From NCBI GenBank assembly GCA_030648955.1, contig JAUSHB010000010.1, positions 13,556 through 77,555 of the forward strand: a stretch of DNA of 64,000 nt. Direction: 5' to 3'. The notes below the pieces were generated by a model. It made no database searches, had not been told where the DNA came from, and worked only from the letters and a program-made list of their open reading frames with translations. The translations under genes and the position numbers were made by a program. Source of the DNA: a bacterium (lineage in GTDB: Bacteria > Patescibacteriota > Minisyncoccia > Phycocordibacterales > JAUSHB01). Below, piece by piece: positions 38,448-47,942 of the stretch. How positions within the stretch are numbered: the stretch's first letter is position 1; every line of letters starts with the position of its first letter.

Positions 38448-38810
38448 TTATACCAGCAGTGAACTATGAGCAAAGGTAATGATGGCAACAACAATCCCAG
38501 CAAATATAAATGAAACGAGAACGGCACCAGAAGCGATATCTTTACTTGCTCCGATTAATTCATGATGTTCAGGGTGAAGTTTTTTAAATGCAGTTTCCAA
38601 TGCAGTATTGGTAAGTTCTGTAACGAGAATAAGTGCGTAGGCAAGAATAAGAAATAGGAATTCCGTCTCTGTGAGGGGCCACAATAAAAATGCTATTGCG
38701 ATAAATGGAAAACAACCCCAAACTTCCATGTGAAAACTTTTATCGGATTGATATGCAAATCGTATTCCCCGCATTGCATGACATATCGATATGTAGATTT
38801 TTTTAATCAT
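38448..38810 (-). CDS. dgkA: diacylglycerol kinase / undecaprenol kinase (DgkA family)
   Basis: 120 aa. EFLFLILAYALILVTELTNTALE ... HELIGASKDIASGAVLVSFIFAGIVV closely parallels the E. coli DgkA sequence ...EILNSAIE ... HELSGRAKDMGSAAVL. Confidence 0.8.
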   Translation of the reverse strand: MIKKIYISICHAMRGIRFAYQSDKSFHMEVWGCFPFIAIAFLLWPLTETEFLFLILAYALILVTELTNTALETAFKKLHPEHHELIGASKDIASGAVLVSFIFAGIVVAIITFAHSSLLV

Positions 38811-38843
38811 TACCTTTATAGTATCTTATCTGTACAGGAAGCA

Positions 38844-39698
38844 TTAATCCTGAACAGGTAAACACAACTCTCCTGCTTCATCCAAAACATTTTTAATTTC
38901 GTTTTCAGTCATTCCATGTTCTCGTAAAATATTCTGATTACGTTCCACATCGCGACACAGCACGACATTGTTTTGAAGTAGGTGATTTTTTGAATTACTG
39001 GGAAGCGTAGACAGGCAGGTGAGCGGATGAACACCAGTATTTAAAATAAGATCCTGGAGATTCCCCTTTTGGGGATAATTCCAGCCAATAAGCGTGAGTC
39101 CGGCGCATGTTCCATAGTCAATTGCTTGCGAAGTTAGTTTTGTATTTGTCATAAGCCACCCCTCATGTACTCGCGGACTTCTTCCCTCTTTTTCCGCACG
39201 CGCTTCGTGAGCCTTGGTGATATCATCAAAGCGAGCCTTTACGTAAAGCGCCACCTTCACATCACTTTTAATCCCATGACTGTTGTGAAATTTGCATTCT
39301 ACAAAAATATGCTTATCTCCTTTTTCGGCAAGAATATCAACTTCGTGTTCAACGCAATATCCGGGCAAAATACCTCCTACCTTTACAGAATACCCTTGCG
39401 CTTTCAAAATCTCACCGACAAAACGTTCAAAAGGAAACCCTGATGGCCCGAGTTGCATTATGGCTTGCCTCAAACTATACCGTGCCGCAACAGGCGGACG
39501 GTGGCGTCGTAGAAGCGTAAATGCATGGTGATAAATGTCAGAAGTTTTTACATCATCACCGAGCTCACTTTCAACGTGTGCGATGATTTCCTCCGTAAGA
39601 GCTGATGGCGCACCAGCACTTTTAAGAGACATGCGAAGTTTGTTTGCCGAAAATTCCTCGCGTTCTCCTGATGCTTTTGTAATCCATCGTGGGGACAT
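38844..39698 (-). CDS. ATP-cone domain fused to an Mrr-like (PD-(D/E)xK) restriction-endonuclease-fold domain
   Basis: N-terminal ITKASGEREEFSANKLRMSLKSAGA ... is an ATP-cone, as in NrdR/RNR. The central FERFVGEILKAQGYSVKV ... HEVDILAEKGDKHIFVECKFHN gives the D ... E-x-K Mrr_cat pattern. Confidence 0.7.
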   Translation of the reverse strand: MSPRWITKASGEREEFSANKLRMSLKSAGAPSALTEEIIAHVESELGDDVKTSDIYHHAFTLLRRHRPPVAARYSLRQAIMQLGPSGFPFERFVGEILKAQGYSVKVGGILPGYCVEHEVDILAEKGDKHIFVECKFHNSHGIKSDVKVALYVKARFDDITKAHEARAEKEGRSPRVHEGWLMTNTKLTSQAIDYGTCAGLTLIGWNYPQKGNLQDLILNTGVHPLTCLSTLPSNSKNHLLQNNVVLCRDVERNQNILREHGMTENEIKNVLDEAGELCLPVQD

Positions 39699-39702
39699 AA
39701 TT

Positions 39703-40359
39703 TTAATTACACGTTGCTTGTTTAATTATTTCTGGATTATCAAACATTACTGTCTCAAGAATATCACTAAATTTAGTTTCTGGATAATCATTTGTGCCAG
39801 AGAAAATGAGAAGTCCCCCTTGTAAAATAATTGCGTATACTTCGGGTCTTCCTGGATTGGCTCTACCATCTCCTACAAAATAAGAAGGTATGCTCTGTAT
39901 CCCTAAGGGGAGGGTGCGTTCACAACTAGGGTTGCCGTCATGAATCCAGCGATTTGTATTCCGATCATAATGTAATTTCTCACTTGCCGCTGCAATTGAG
40001 AATTTAGTATCGAAAGGAGCCATATAGATTTCATGACAGGAAAATTCATTTTCACCGCAGTTCGGAAAAGAAATAGTTATCGAATCATCTTTATTAACTT
40101 GAACACTATTTTCTGCAGGATATTTAAACGATATGTTGTATTTTGTGGAAGAATATGTCTTCCAGCTAGATATCGCTGGGTCATTATCCATAAATAATGA
40201 AGAAGTAGATTGGGTTTGCAGAATATCTTCTGTGGTAAATATTCGATTGTCTGAAGCTAATTTAATTCTCTCCCTACTATAATACCAGACCCCTCCCCAT
40301 AAAATTATTAAGCCCGTAACAAGCAATATGGTTATTGAAATAATAGTTTTATTTTTCAT
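39703..40359 (-). CDS. membrane-anchored/secreted hypothetical protein
   Basis: N-terminal TM segment IISITILLVTGLIILWGGVWYY followed by a Cys-containing beta-rich domain. Confidence 0.45.
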   Translation of the reverse strand: MKNKTIISITILLVTGLIILWGGVWYYSRERIKLASDNRIFTTEDILQTQSTSSLFMDNDPAISSWKTYSSTKYNISFKYPAENSVQVNKDDSITISFPNCGENEFSCHEIYMAPFDTKFSIAAASEKLHYDRNTNRWIHDGNPSCERTLPLGIQSIPSYFVGDGRANPGRPEVYAIILQGGLLIFSGTNDYPETKFSDILETVMFDNPEIIKQATCN

Positions 40360-40387
40360 ACTCTGATTATCTCATACCATGTCTCTT

Positions 40388-41542
40388 CTAATCAACAACC
40401 CCTCCACCAAGACACTCATCTCCATCATAAAGAACCAGTGATTGCCCAGGAGAAGCAATCTGGGAATTAGCGAAAATGATTTCAGCGTTTTTTATATCAA
40501 CGTGAACAATAGTGCACGTTTCGAGTGGTTGACGGTACCGCACACGCGCTGTATACCGATCTCCTTTTTTTGGAGAAACACCCCTTATCCAATTTATGTG
40601 TGAAATGTTGACTCGTTTACGTTCTCCTCCACCTGCAATCTCAAATGGCTCATGCGATACATCAACTCCGCTAATCGGACCGTGCGATACCGTAATTGTA
40701 TTTTTAATAATATCTTTTTCTACAACATAATACGGCACATCATGAGTCCCCTTTTGGGTTATCGTAAATCCATGTCGCTCGCCCAATGTAAAAAATACAG
40801 CACCCTTGTGTTCGCCTATAATTACCCCTTTTACATCAAGCACGTCACCAACTTTTTCCTTTATGAAATGTTTTAGAAAATCTTTCATGTCAAGTTTCCC
40901 CATAAAGCAGAGCCCTTGACTGTCTTTTTTTTCGGCAGTTGGCAAGCCAAATTTCTTCGCAAGTTTTCGCACTTCAGGTTTTTCATATCCGCCGACAGGA
41001 AATAATGTTTTTGAAAGTTCTTTTTGTGTGAGCGTCCATAAAAAATATGACTGGTCTTTTTCTGTATCAACGCCGGCGAGTAATGTATATCCAACCGTAG
41101 ATTTTTTCTGCGTAGGTCTGCGTTTAGTCTGCAAGAATCTACGGTCGCCACGGGCGACACGCGCGTAATGCCCCGTTGCGACAAAATCCGCACCTGCAGC
41201 AATGGCTTTCTTAAAAAACGCACCAAATTTAACGTACTGATTACACATCACATCCGGATTGGGGGTTCTTCCTTTTTTGTATTCGGCGATCATATAATCA
41301 ACCACCTCTTTTTTATATTCCTTTTCAAGATCAAGGGTAATGAATGGAATATCAAGATGCGCCGCTACGCGCATCGCATCAAAACGATCTTCTTTCCATG
41401 TACAGGGCAAGAAGTCCGGCTGCCAGACCTTAATAAAAACCCCGGTGACATCATATCCCTCCTTTTTAAGAAGCGCCGCGGAAACAGAAGAATCAACTCC
41501 CCCTGAAAGTCCCACAAAAACCGTACCCTTGCTTTTATTCAT
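40388..41542 (-). CDS. mnmA: tRNA-specific 2-thiouridylase MnmA
   Basis: PP-loop VFVGLSGGVDSSVSA; catalytic Cys residues; 384 aa. Confidence 0.9.
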   Translation of the reverse strand: MNKSKGTVFVGLSGGVDSSVSAALLKKEGYDVTGVFIKVWQPDFLPCTWKEDRFDAMRVAAHLDIPFITLDLEKEYKKEVVDYMIAEYKKGRTPNPDVMCNQYVKFGAFFKKAIAAGADFVATGHYARVARGDRRFLQTKRRPTQKKSTVGYTLLAGVDTEKDQSYFLWTLTQKELSKTLFPVGGYEKPEVRKLAKKFGLPTAEKKDSQGLCFMGKLDMKDFLKHFIKEKVGDVLDVKGVIIGEHKGAVFFTLGERHGFTITQKGTHDVPYYVVEKDIIKNTITVSHGPISGVDVSHEPFEIAGGGERKRVNISHINWIRGVSPKKGDRYTARVRYRQPLETCTIVHVDIKNAEIIFANSQIASPGQSLVLYDGDECLGGGVVD

Positions 41543-41571
41543 AGAAATACTGTAGTATTCGATAGAGAAAT

Positions 41572-41730
41572 TTGCAAGTATTCAAAACTATTTTATTTAT
41601 AACCCCTTCTTTCAACTTACTACTTTCGATCATTGCCATTATTGTTGCACTATTGATTTTCGTGGGAAGTTGGGCAATTATTGACTGGGAAGGAAGGGCG
41701 CAGCGATTTATTAAAGCTGAAAAAAAATAA
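41572..41730 (+). CDS. possible small hydrophobic protein (about 52 aa; TTG or other non-ATG start)
   Basis: Open frame ...FNLLLSIIAIIVALLIFVGSWAIIDWEGRAQRFIKAEKK, followed at 41755-41784 by the hairpin AAAACCACTGCTGTTGGGCGGTGGTTTTTT (plus-strand intrinsic terminator). There is no ATG start. Confidence 0.25.
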   Translation: MQVFKTILFITPSFNLLLSIIAIIVALLIFVGSWAIIDWEGRAQRFIKAEKK

Positions 41731-41821
41731 AAGTTTATTTCCAAATTTCTTTATAAAACCACTGCTGTTGGGCGGTGGTTTTTTGTACCCATAATAACCT
41801 TCCGTAATATCACTCTGCAGC

Positions 41822-42826
41822 TCAAAGGTACTTCGCTTTATTTTTCTTATGTTCCTCAAATGTTTTACTGTAGTGCATCATTCCTTGCTTGTCTGAAAGA
41901 TAGTATAAATACGAAGACGTTTGCGGTTCTATCGTAGCCATGATTGCATCCAGTCCCGGATTTCCAATTGGCCCCTTAGGAAGGCCTTTGTAACGATATG
42001 TATTATAGGGAGAGTCGATTTTTAAATCTTCGAGAGACAATCCTGCAGTTGTTTCACCATTTACATACAAAAATGCCGCATCAACTTGCAGGGGCATGCC
42101 GATTTTCATACGATTCCACAATATTCCAGAAACAAAGCGACGATCTTCCGGGGTCATAGCTTCTCGTTCTATAATAGAAGCCATGATGATTATATCGTGA
42201 AGGGGTTCTCCAAAAGCATTTATCTTATCTTTAATCCCGGCGATTTTTTTATTAAAATTCTCACTCATGATCTTTATACTTTCATCGGGTGAAATATTAG
42301 GATGTAAAAAATATGTGTCGGGGAATAGATATCCTTCTTTTTCTTGGGCTTGTGCAAGAAACATTGATTCATTGAAATTCAAAATTTTCTGCTTGAAAAT
42401 ATGTGCGATTTCGCTCGCCATCGCACCTTCAAGAATAGTCACGCGAATAGGAGTCAAGCCAAATTCTCCGCGCGTAAATCTTCGAGCAACGGATTCCGAT
42501 GAAAGTGGTCTTGTAAAAAAATAATCACCTGCTTGTACGCGCCGTTCCCCCCCTCGAAGAGTGACTGAGATTTCAAAGAGAAGTTCTGACCGGATTAGAT
42601 GTTGCGCCTTAAGAGTGTGTGATATATCGACAAGAGGTATCCCCACTGGTATGGATATAATAGTCCGCACGGGGAAATCTGCGGGCGGACACAGTGTGTA
42701 CCAAATGAATAGCGTGAAAAGCAAGAGCGCAAAGAGAACTGCTCGGATACGAAAATCACACCAACTTTTTTTTAAAAATATTATTATTCGATTACTCAAG
42801 GCAATGTTCTTCATGGCAAACATCAT
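41822..42826 (-). CDS. mltG: endolytic murein transglycosylase MltG (YceG-like)
   Basis: N-terminal TM segment and a YceG domain: ...YNTYRYKGLPKGPIGNPGLDAI... Confidence 0.85.
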   Translation of the reverse strand: MMFAMKNIALSNRIIIFLKKSWCDFRIRAVLFALLLFTLFIWYTLCPPADFPVRTIISIPVGIPLVDISHTLKAQHLIRSELLFEISVTLRGGERRVQAGDYFFTRPLSSESVARRFTRGEFGLTPIRVTILEGAMASEIAHIFKQKILNFNESMFLAQAQEKEGYLFPDTYFLHPNISPDESIKIMSENFNKKIAGIKDKINAFGEPLHDIIIMASIIEREAMTPEDRRFVSGILWNRMKIGMPLQVDAAFLYVNGETTAGLSLEDLKIDSPYNTYRYKGLPKGPIGNPGLDAIMATIEPQTSSYLYYLSDKQGMMHYSKTFEEHKKNKAKYL

Positions 42827-42838
42827 TAATCAATTTAT

Positions 42839-44065
42839 TTACACAGGAAGGTTTGGAGGGGGTTCGGCTTTACGCGACTCAATACGTCCGAAAGTCGGAG
42901 TCTGAAGAACACCGCCGGGGAAATGGTAGATGGTAGCCAATTCTTCGGTGTTTAATATAAACGGTTTCCATTGAAACGGCTTGTAAAAATATCCCCGACT
43001 TTTATATGCCTTAAATAAATCAATTTTTTTCTTTGTTACGCGATACTTGTTGTAATCCTGCCATGGAAAATCAAATGACGTAACTCGTGTAGGCTTAAAG
43101 CCATTGAGATCATTGGTCGTATATTGTCGTAAAATCCCCATAAGTCCTTTGATGTGCGTACCATTAAATGAGTCTTTTTTTGCAAGATACATCGCGCGAA
43201 TTCCACAATCAAATCCTAATTTGGAAATACTGCGATTCAGTGCTTTGATTAAATCTTGTTCTGCCGTGGTAAGAAATCTCCCCGTTTTACCCTCTCCTTT
43301 CGGTTGTGATTTTTCGGTAATTTTACTTATCAAATCTTTGCCCTCATCTTTCCAACTTCGCATTCCCCACCCCATAAAACTATCCGGGTCCCGGTGACGA
43401 TCTTCGGCAGCACGAATTAATATCTGAATCCAAAATTGTTCATCCTTCTCCATTGTACCCAAAAATTCAAGCGTTGCTGTCATGGGGTCAGTTTTGAATT
43501 CTTCCTTGGTTGATTCTCTATCAAGACCATAATCGACATACGTTTTGATCGGATATGCATCTTCTTTTGAAAGAACAAACTCGGTTCCGAAAATTTCCCA
43601 CGAAGATTCTTTGCCGACATATTTTACATAACGAGTATAGTCGGGAACTTCATAAATTTCTACTTGAGGGTATTGTGCGTAAATCTGCGACTCAATAAGA
43701 TTTTTGTACACTTTATTGGTACGAATGAAAAACTTCACCGCGCCACCGAGTGACACCATTTCAAGAGAAAACCAATCTCGCACACGACCCTTGAAATACC
43801 AGTCATACCACGTCCCCTTGCTTGTTTGAAAAAATACATTAAGTAAAAGCTCCATCGCAAGGGGTGGTTTTGTAATTTCTCTTGGAAGTCTTACCTCAAG
43901 GATGACCCACTCAATCTTTGAAAGATATACCGCGCGAATATAATAGAGCCAAATGCGCCACAACACAATGAGAAGTACGAAAGGACCCCAAAAAACAAGA
44001 TAGCGAAAGGCTGCTTCGTAGATACTTAAAACTTGCCCGAATAGTTGAAAAAGCTGTTCAAACAT
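42839..44065 (-). CDS. hypothetical membrane-anchored protein (two N-terminal TM segments plus about 330 aa of soluble domain)
   Basis: No recognised motif. Confidence 0.5.
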   Translation of the reverse strand: MFEQLFQLFGQVLSIYEAAFRYLVFWGPFVLLIVLWRIWLYYIRAVYLSKIEWVILEVRLPREITKPPLAMELLLNVFFQTSKGTWYDWYFKGRVRDWFSLEMVSLGGAVKFFIRTNKVYKNLIESQIYAQYPQVEIYEVPDYTRYVKYVGKESSWEIFGTEFVLSKEDAYPIKTYVDYGLDRESTKEEFKTDPMTATLEFLGTMEKDEQFWIQILIRAAEDRHRDPDSFMGWGMRSWKDEGKDLISKITEKSQPKGEGKTGRFLTTAEQDLIKALNRSISKLGFDCGIRAMYLAKKDSFNGTHIKGLMGILRQYTTNDLNGFKPTRVTSFDFPWQDYNKYRVTKKKIDLFKAYKSRGYFYKPFQWKPFILNTEELATIYHFPGGVLQTPTFGRIESRKAEPPPNLPV

Positions 44066-44157
44066 ATGTTCCTTGTATCATATCGCACAATATCGATTTT
44101 AGGTAGTGGAATAAAGCTTCCAGAGCTTCATAAGCTTCGTTAGCTTTCTGAAGACTT

Positions 44158-44192
44158 AAAAGGGATTTGGAAGCAAGGCTTCCAAATCCCGC
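44158..44192 (-). terminator. intrinsic terminator GGGATTTGGAAGC-AAG-GCTTCCAAATCCC plus T-run (minus strand)
   Basis: 13-bp perfect stem. It lies downstream of the 44226 stop and is embedded in a GAAGCTTC-rich spacer. Confidence 0.65.
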
Positions 44193-44225
44193 AAGCTCCT
44201 GAAGCTATTGAAGCTCTGTCTTTGT

Positions 44226-45257
44226 CTATGCCGTAACTCGATATTTCCCTTTCTCGTCTCGTGCAAAATAATTGCTGTTTTGAAGATTTACCATAATAGT
44301 ATTTTCTTTCACCTGTCGTTCTTTGAGCACACGATCTACAATTTCTTTTTTTGTAAGGGGTCCCTCTTTTTTGAGAATCTTGCCAATAACATCACGCACA
44401 ACACCGCCTTCATAGCCCCATTGAGAGAGAGCGTAGAGACCTCGTCCAACAAGAACAAAACGTTTGTCTTTTATAAGTTCGTTGTGTGTTGTTGCAATAT
44501 GAGCACGCTTTCCAAAAACATCTGATATTGTTTTCGCGACATCGGTAAAATGCATGGGATTTCCTTGTTTTCGAAGCACTAAAAAAGCGTAATCTCTCAC
44601 ACCACGTGCAGACACATTGGGTGATGTTGAAACGCCCCATTCCCCCATAAGATTTCTTTTAATCTTTTTTGAAAGAAAAAGCCATCGTTTGAGAATTTCT
44701 TCATTTTTATATTGTTCTGAAATGTCTTTGAGGTGGTCAAGAAAGGAAGCGATCATTTCTGCTTCAGAAATAAGATCGTCGTCTGAAATATTTTCAAATA
44801 ATTTTTTGAGAGATTGATGAACTCTTTCGGCTATATTTTTATCGACAACCCAGCGATTCTTAAAGTGTTCATCTTCTTTGTGTTTCTCAAAAAGATGCCC
44901 GAGTACGAGTAAAAAGTTTATATTATTCTGAATAATTTTATCTGTTGAAATGTGCGTCAAAAGGCTTTCTTCGTCCACTACTCCACCCAATGAAACAAGT
45001 ACATCCTTAAGGTCGCTAAATGATTCCTGTGATTGCTTGAAAACTTCAGATTTTCTAATAATTTCAAGTGCAGCATTTTCAATCTGACGCACTCTCTCTC
45101 GTGTAATTGAGTACTTTTTCCCTATTGCCTCAAGCGTCATTTTCTTCCCATCACTCAATCCAAAACGGCCCTCGATTACGTTTCGGGCTCGCTCCGGTAT
45201 TACGGTAAGAAGTTTCTTAACAACTTGTTTGGGCTTGAAGGCTATAGTTTTTGCCAT
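44226..45257 (-). CDS. DNA-binding protein with an N-terminal sigma-70 region-4-like HTH and a C-terminal HARE-HTH-like winged helix
   Basis: MTLEAIGKKYSITRERVRQIENAAL is a classic region-4 signature. C-terminal MHFTDVAKTISDVFGKRAHIATTHNELIKDKRFVLVGRGLYALSQWGY fits the HARE-HTH / RpoE-N pattern (RFV-x-VG-x-G-x-Y-x-L-x-x-W). Confidence 0.55.
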   Translation of the reverse strand: MAKTIAFKPKQVVKKLLTVIPERARNVIEGRFGLSDGKKMTLEAIGKKYSITRERVRQIENAALEIIRKSEVFKQSQESFSDLKDVLVSLGGVVDEESLLTHISTDKIIQNNINFLLVLGHLFEKHKEDEHFKNRWVVDKNIAERVHQSLKKLFENISDDDLISEAEMIASFLDHLKDISEQYKNEEILKRWLFLSKKIKRNLMGEWGVSTSPNVSARGVRDYAFLVLRKQGNPMHFTDVAKTISDVFGKRAHIATTHNELIKDKRFVLVGRGLYALSQWGYEGGVVRDVIGKILKKEGPLTKKEIVDRVLKERQVKENTIMVNLQNSNYFARDEKGKYRVTA

Positions 45258-45376
45258 GGGGAGAATATTTATACTATTTGATAATTAATATATGGTTGCT
45301 ATATTTTTAGCATTAATGGAGAAATAAGTCAAATATTTGCACTGGGTCAGTGTATAGTTGACAGTAGACGAGCCCC

Positions 45377-46776
45377 TTGAAAACAATGAACAACCTGAAA
45401 ATACCGCTAAGAAACGACTGGCTGGGGGAGATCAAAAGGCGTAGCCTTGAGCGTATGCGAAATACTGCTGAAAAGGAGCTGAATCCAAACCATTACCAAT
45501 TGTCGAGCGAGGCAAAGAAGAGACTATGCTGGATGTATGCGCTTTACAAAGAACAGGGCGGGAATGTGACTGTCGCTGCACGCAATATCGGGATTTCCAG
45601 ACAGTGGCTGTCGGAGCTGAAGGCAGTCTTTGAAAAGCACAGGAAAGATCCCCGCTCGCTTGAACCGGAATCGAAAGCTCCAAAGAATACGCGGAACAGA
45701 AAAAGGATATCGAAGGAAGTGGAGGGTAAGATACTGGAAGTGAGGGCTCTGTCAAAGAATGTGTGGGGAAAACAGAAGATTGCGGTGGTGCTTCTGCGAG
45801 ACCATCACATCGTCGTTGCCCCCAACACCGTGAACAAATATCTGCACAAACACAAGAAGATTGACCCAAAAATATCACTGAAGAATGAGCGTGCATGGAA
45901 AGCAAAATTGGAAAGAGAGAAACCGGAAGCAGAGTTGTTTGTAAGATACCGCCCGCCGAAAGCAATCAGAAAGCAATCAAGGATTTGGCACCGGGAGCAC
46001 TTGTGGAGAAAGACATGAAATATGCTGTAAAACCAAGCTCAAACGATACACACGGCACCGTGAGCAACTTCTGGTATCAACATACAGCAACAGATTCTTT
46101 TACGAGAATCCGAGCACTCACGCTCGCGAAAGACAGCACCGCAGATGGCTCTGCAATTGCGTATGCGGAGTCAAAAGAAAAGTTTCCATTCCGTACCGCA
46201 TGTGCGAACACCGACAATGGGAGCGAGAACAAGGGGGAGCTCCGCGAGATGCTCAAGAAAGATACCGTCTTCCACTTCTACTCAAACGCAGGGACTCCAA
46301 CTGACAATCCGAGAGTCGAGAGATCGCACCTCACGGATGAGCTTGAGTTCTACCAGAAAGGCGGTTTCAAGAAAACATTTGGGGAGCAACAAGAAGCGAC
46401 GGCAGTATGGGAGCACTTCTACAACTTCGTGAGACCGCATCAAGCACTGGGATACCTGACACCGATGGCATTCTATGAATTATGGAAAACGGATGAAGAA
46501 AGTGCGTTTGAAATCGTGGGGAAATATCAAAAGTATTTGGCGAAACAAAGTAAGAGGCTTGCGGGGGCGAGGAGGATTAAAAAGACGGAGCAAGTACAAA
46601 AACTTATGGAATTTATCGATGTAAAATTAAATCAAAAGGTCGGACTAAAAAGAGCTAAAGAAGCTCTGATCAACTGTCAATTATGTTCCATAGCTTGAAC
46701 ACAATCGAATGGCCTCACCAAAAATCTAAGTGTGGCAAGTATCGTGACCTCACGAAAAATCTAACTGTGAGATATT
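45377..46776 (+). mobile_element. insertion sequence 1: rve-type DDE transposase in two overlapping frames (orfA 45377..46018, orfB 45895..46698); ends not resolved
   Basis: orfA has an HTH and an IS481/IS3-like N-terminus (...VTVAARNIGISRQWLSEL...). orfB has an integrase-core DDE domain (...DNGSENKGE ... NPRVERSHLTDELEFYQ ... FVRPHQALGYLTPMAFYEL). orfB is in the -1 frame relative to orfA with a 124-nt overlap. A 65-bp block with two CCTCACsAAAAAT subterminal repeats sits at 46707-46771. Confidence 0.7.
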
Positions 46777-46898
46777 GACAGAGGAGATCGGGAATTCAAA
46801 TATTACGCCACACAATTACCGAAACAATTACGGCTGTCCCTATTATCCCACCTATTATCCCACCTATTATCTATTATCTTTATAAAAAACACACCATT

Positions 46899-47405
46899 TT
46901 ACTTATTTGTATTTATTTTTTTGAAATGTAAAAAACCAATAACCACAGTACTAATCCCAATGCTCAATGTAACCACATCGACAATCTGCAAAAAAATATA
47001 AGAATCGTATCCTCTTGGTAATAATATTACTCCACCAAATACTATCAGAAACAAGCTCGCAAGAAACATATTAGCAAGACTGACTACATGGAGAATTACA
47101 TAACAATCACTAAAATTACTCCCACTAATCCAATTTTTTTTGTTAAAAATAATGAAGGGTGCGCCATACAGCGCAACTCCTAAAATGCCCAGAAATGGGT
47201 CGTACCATGAGGGTGCGGCGGGTTCAAAGATTATTGAAAATAAATAAATATACACTGAAAAAAACGTGACCCATTTATACACAGCGACACTCAATTGAGA
47301 GATTCTGTGCTCCTTGTACATTTGCATTGCAAGTAACGGATTAAAGAATTTTTGTATATTCATATATATTAAAATAATGATGCCCAAATATCCTGTACCA
47401 ACCAT
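46899..47405 (-). CDS. small multi-TM membrane protein (hypothetical; candidate immunity/transport partner)
   Basis: 168 aa with 4-5 TM segments, located between the two insertion sequences. Confidence 0.45.
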   Translation of the reverse strand: MVGTGYLGIIILIYMNIQKFFNPLLAMQMYKEHRISQLSVAVYKWVTFFSVYIYLFSIIFEPAAPSWYDPFLGILGVALYGAPFIIFNKKNWISGSNFSDCYVILHVVSLANMFLASLFLIVFGGVILLPRGYDSYIFLQIVDVVTLSIGISTVVIGFLHFKKINTNK

Positions 47406-47502
47406 TTAAAAAATTCCTTGATTTTTAAGAGTGTTTTCTTTATCATATTTTGTTACAAAAAGTGGGTTGGATAAATCCAACCCACCGAAGGTTACTGTAT
47501 TT

Positions 47503-47826
47503 TCAACATGAAGGCTGTTGAATGGTTGGTGCACAAGCTTTTAGTGGTGAAAACAAGGTAAAGCGAGAATCGCTTCCTATCCAGCCAGCAATTACATTGT
47601 AAGTTGCACCTATGATTTTATTGATAAACCACCCCTCCCCCCTCATCTCCGCCGCATCAGCATCCGAGAGCGGAAGACCGATCTTCTCGATCTCTGCCAG
47701 AGCTGCGGTTGGGTTTGACGCTAAGGCGTGGTTGATTTCACCTGCGGAAACAAATGAAGGAACAAGTGCAGTACACGCAATGGTGATTGCGATTGCAACG
47801 GATGCTACCTTTTTCTTCAAAAGCAT
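47503..47826 (-). CDS. small secreted protein (signal peptide plus about 79-aa mature peptide with two C-terminal Cys)
   Basis: MLLKKKVASVAIAITIACTALVPSFVSA | GEIN ... ACAPTIQQPSC. The transcript appears to end in a hairpin at 47466-47490 (TGGGTTGGATAAATCCAACCCA). Confidence 0.5.
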   Translation of the reverse strand: MLLKKKVASVAIAITIACTALVPSFVSAGEINHALASNPTAALAEIEKIGLPLSDADAAEMRGEGWFINKIIGATYNVIAGWIGSDSRFTLFSPLKACAPTIQQPSC

Positions 47827-47942
47827 GAGTGACCTCCTAGGGTCGCGAGTGGTATCTATGGTGTTAAGGGGCTACTTTTCAGGTACGGTGATCTGTATCT
47901 AGGGGAGAGTATATATGAAGTGTGGCGTGTTGTAAATACCCC

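Noticed and set aside
45338-46800. Direct similarity TTGACAG-N-rGA near both ends of insertion sequence 1 (45347-45363 and 46783-46797) as a possible target duplication or terminal repeat
   Set aside because: Only a 7-mer plus scattered matches in direct orientation. It is too weak and in the wrong orientation for terminal inverted repeats, and likely chance.
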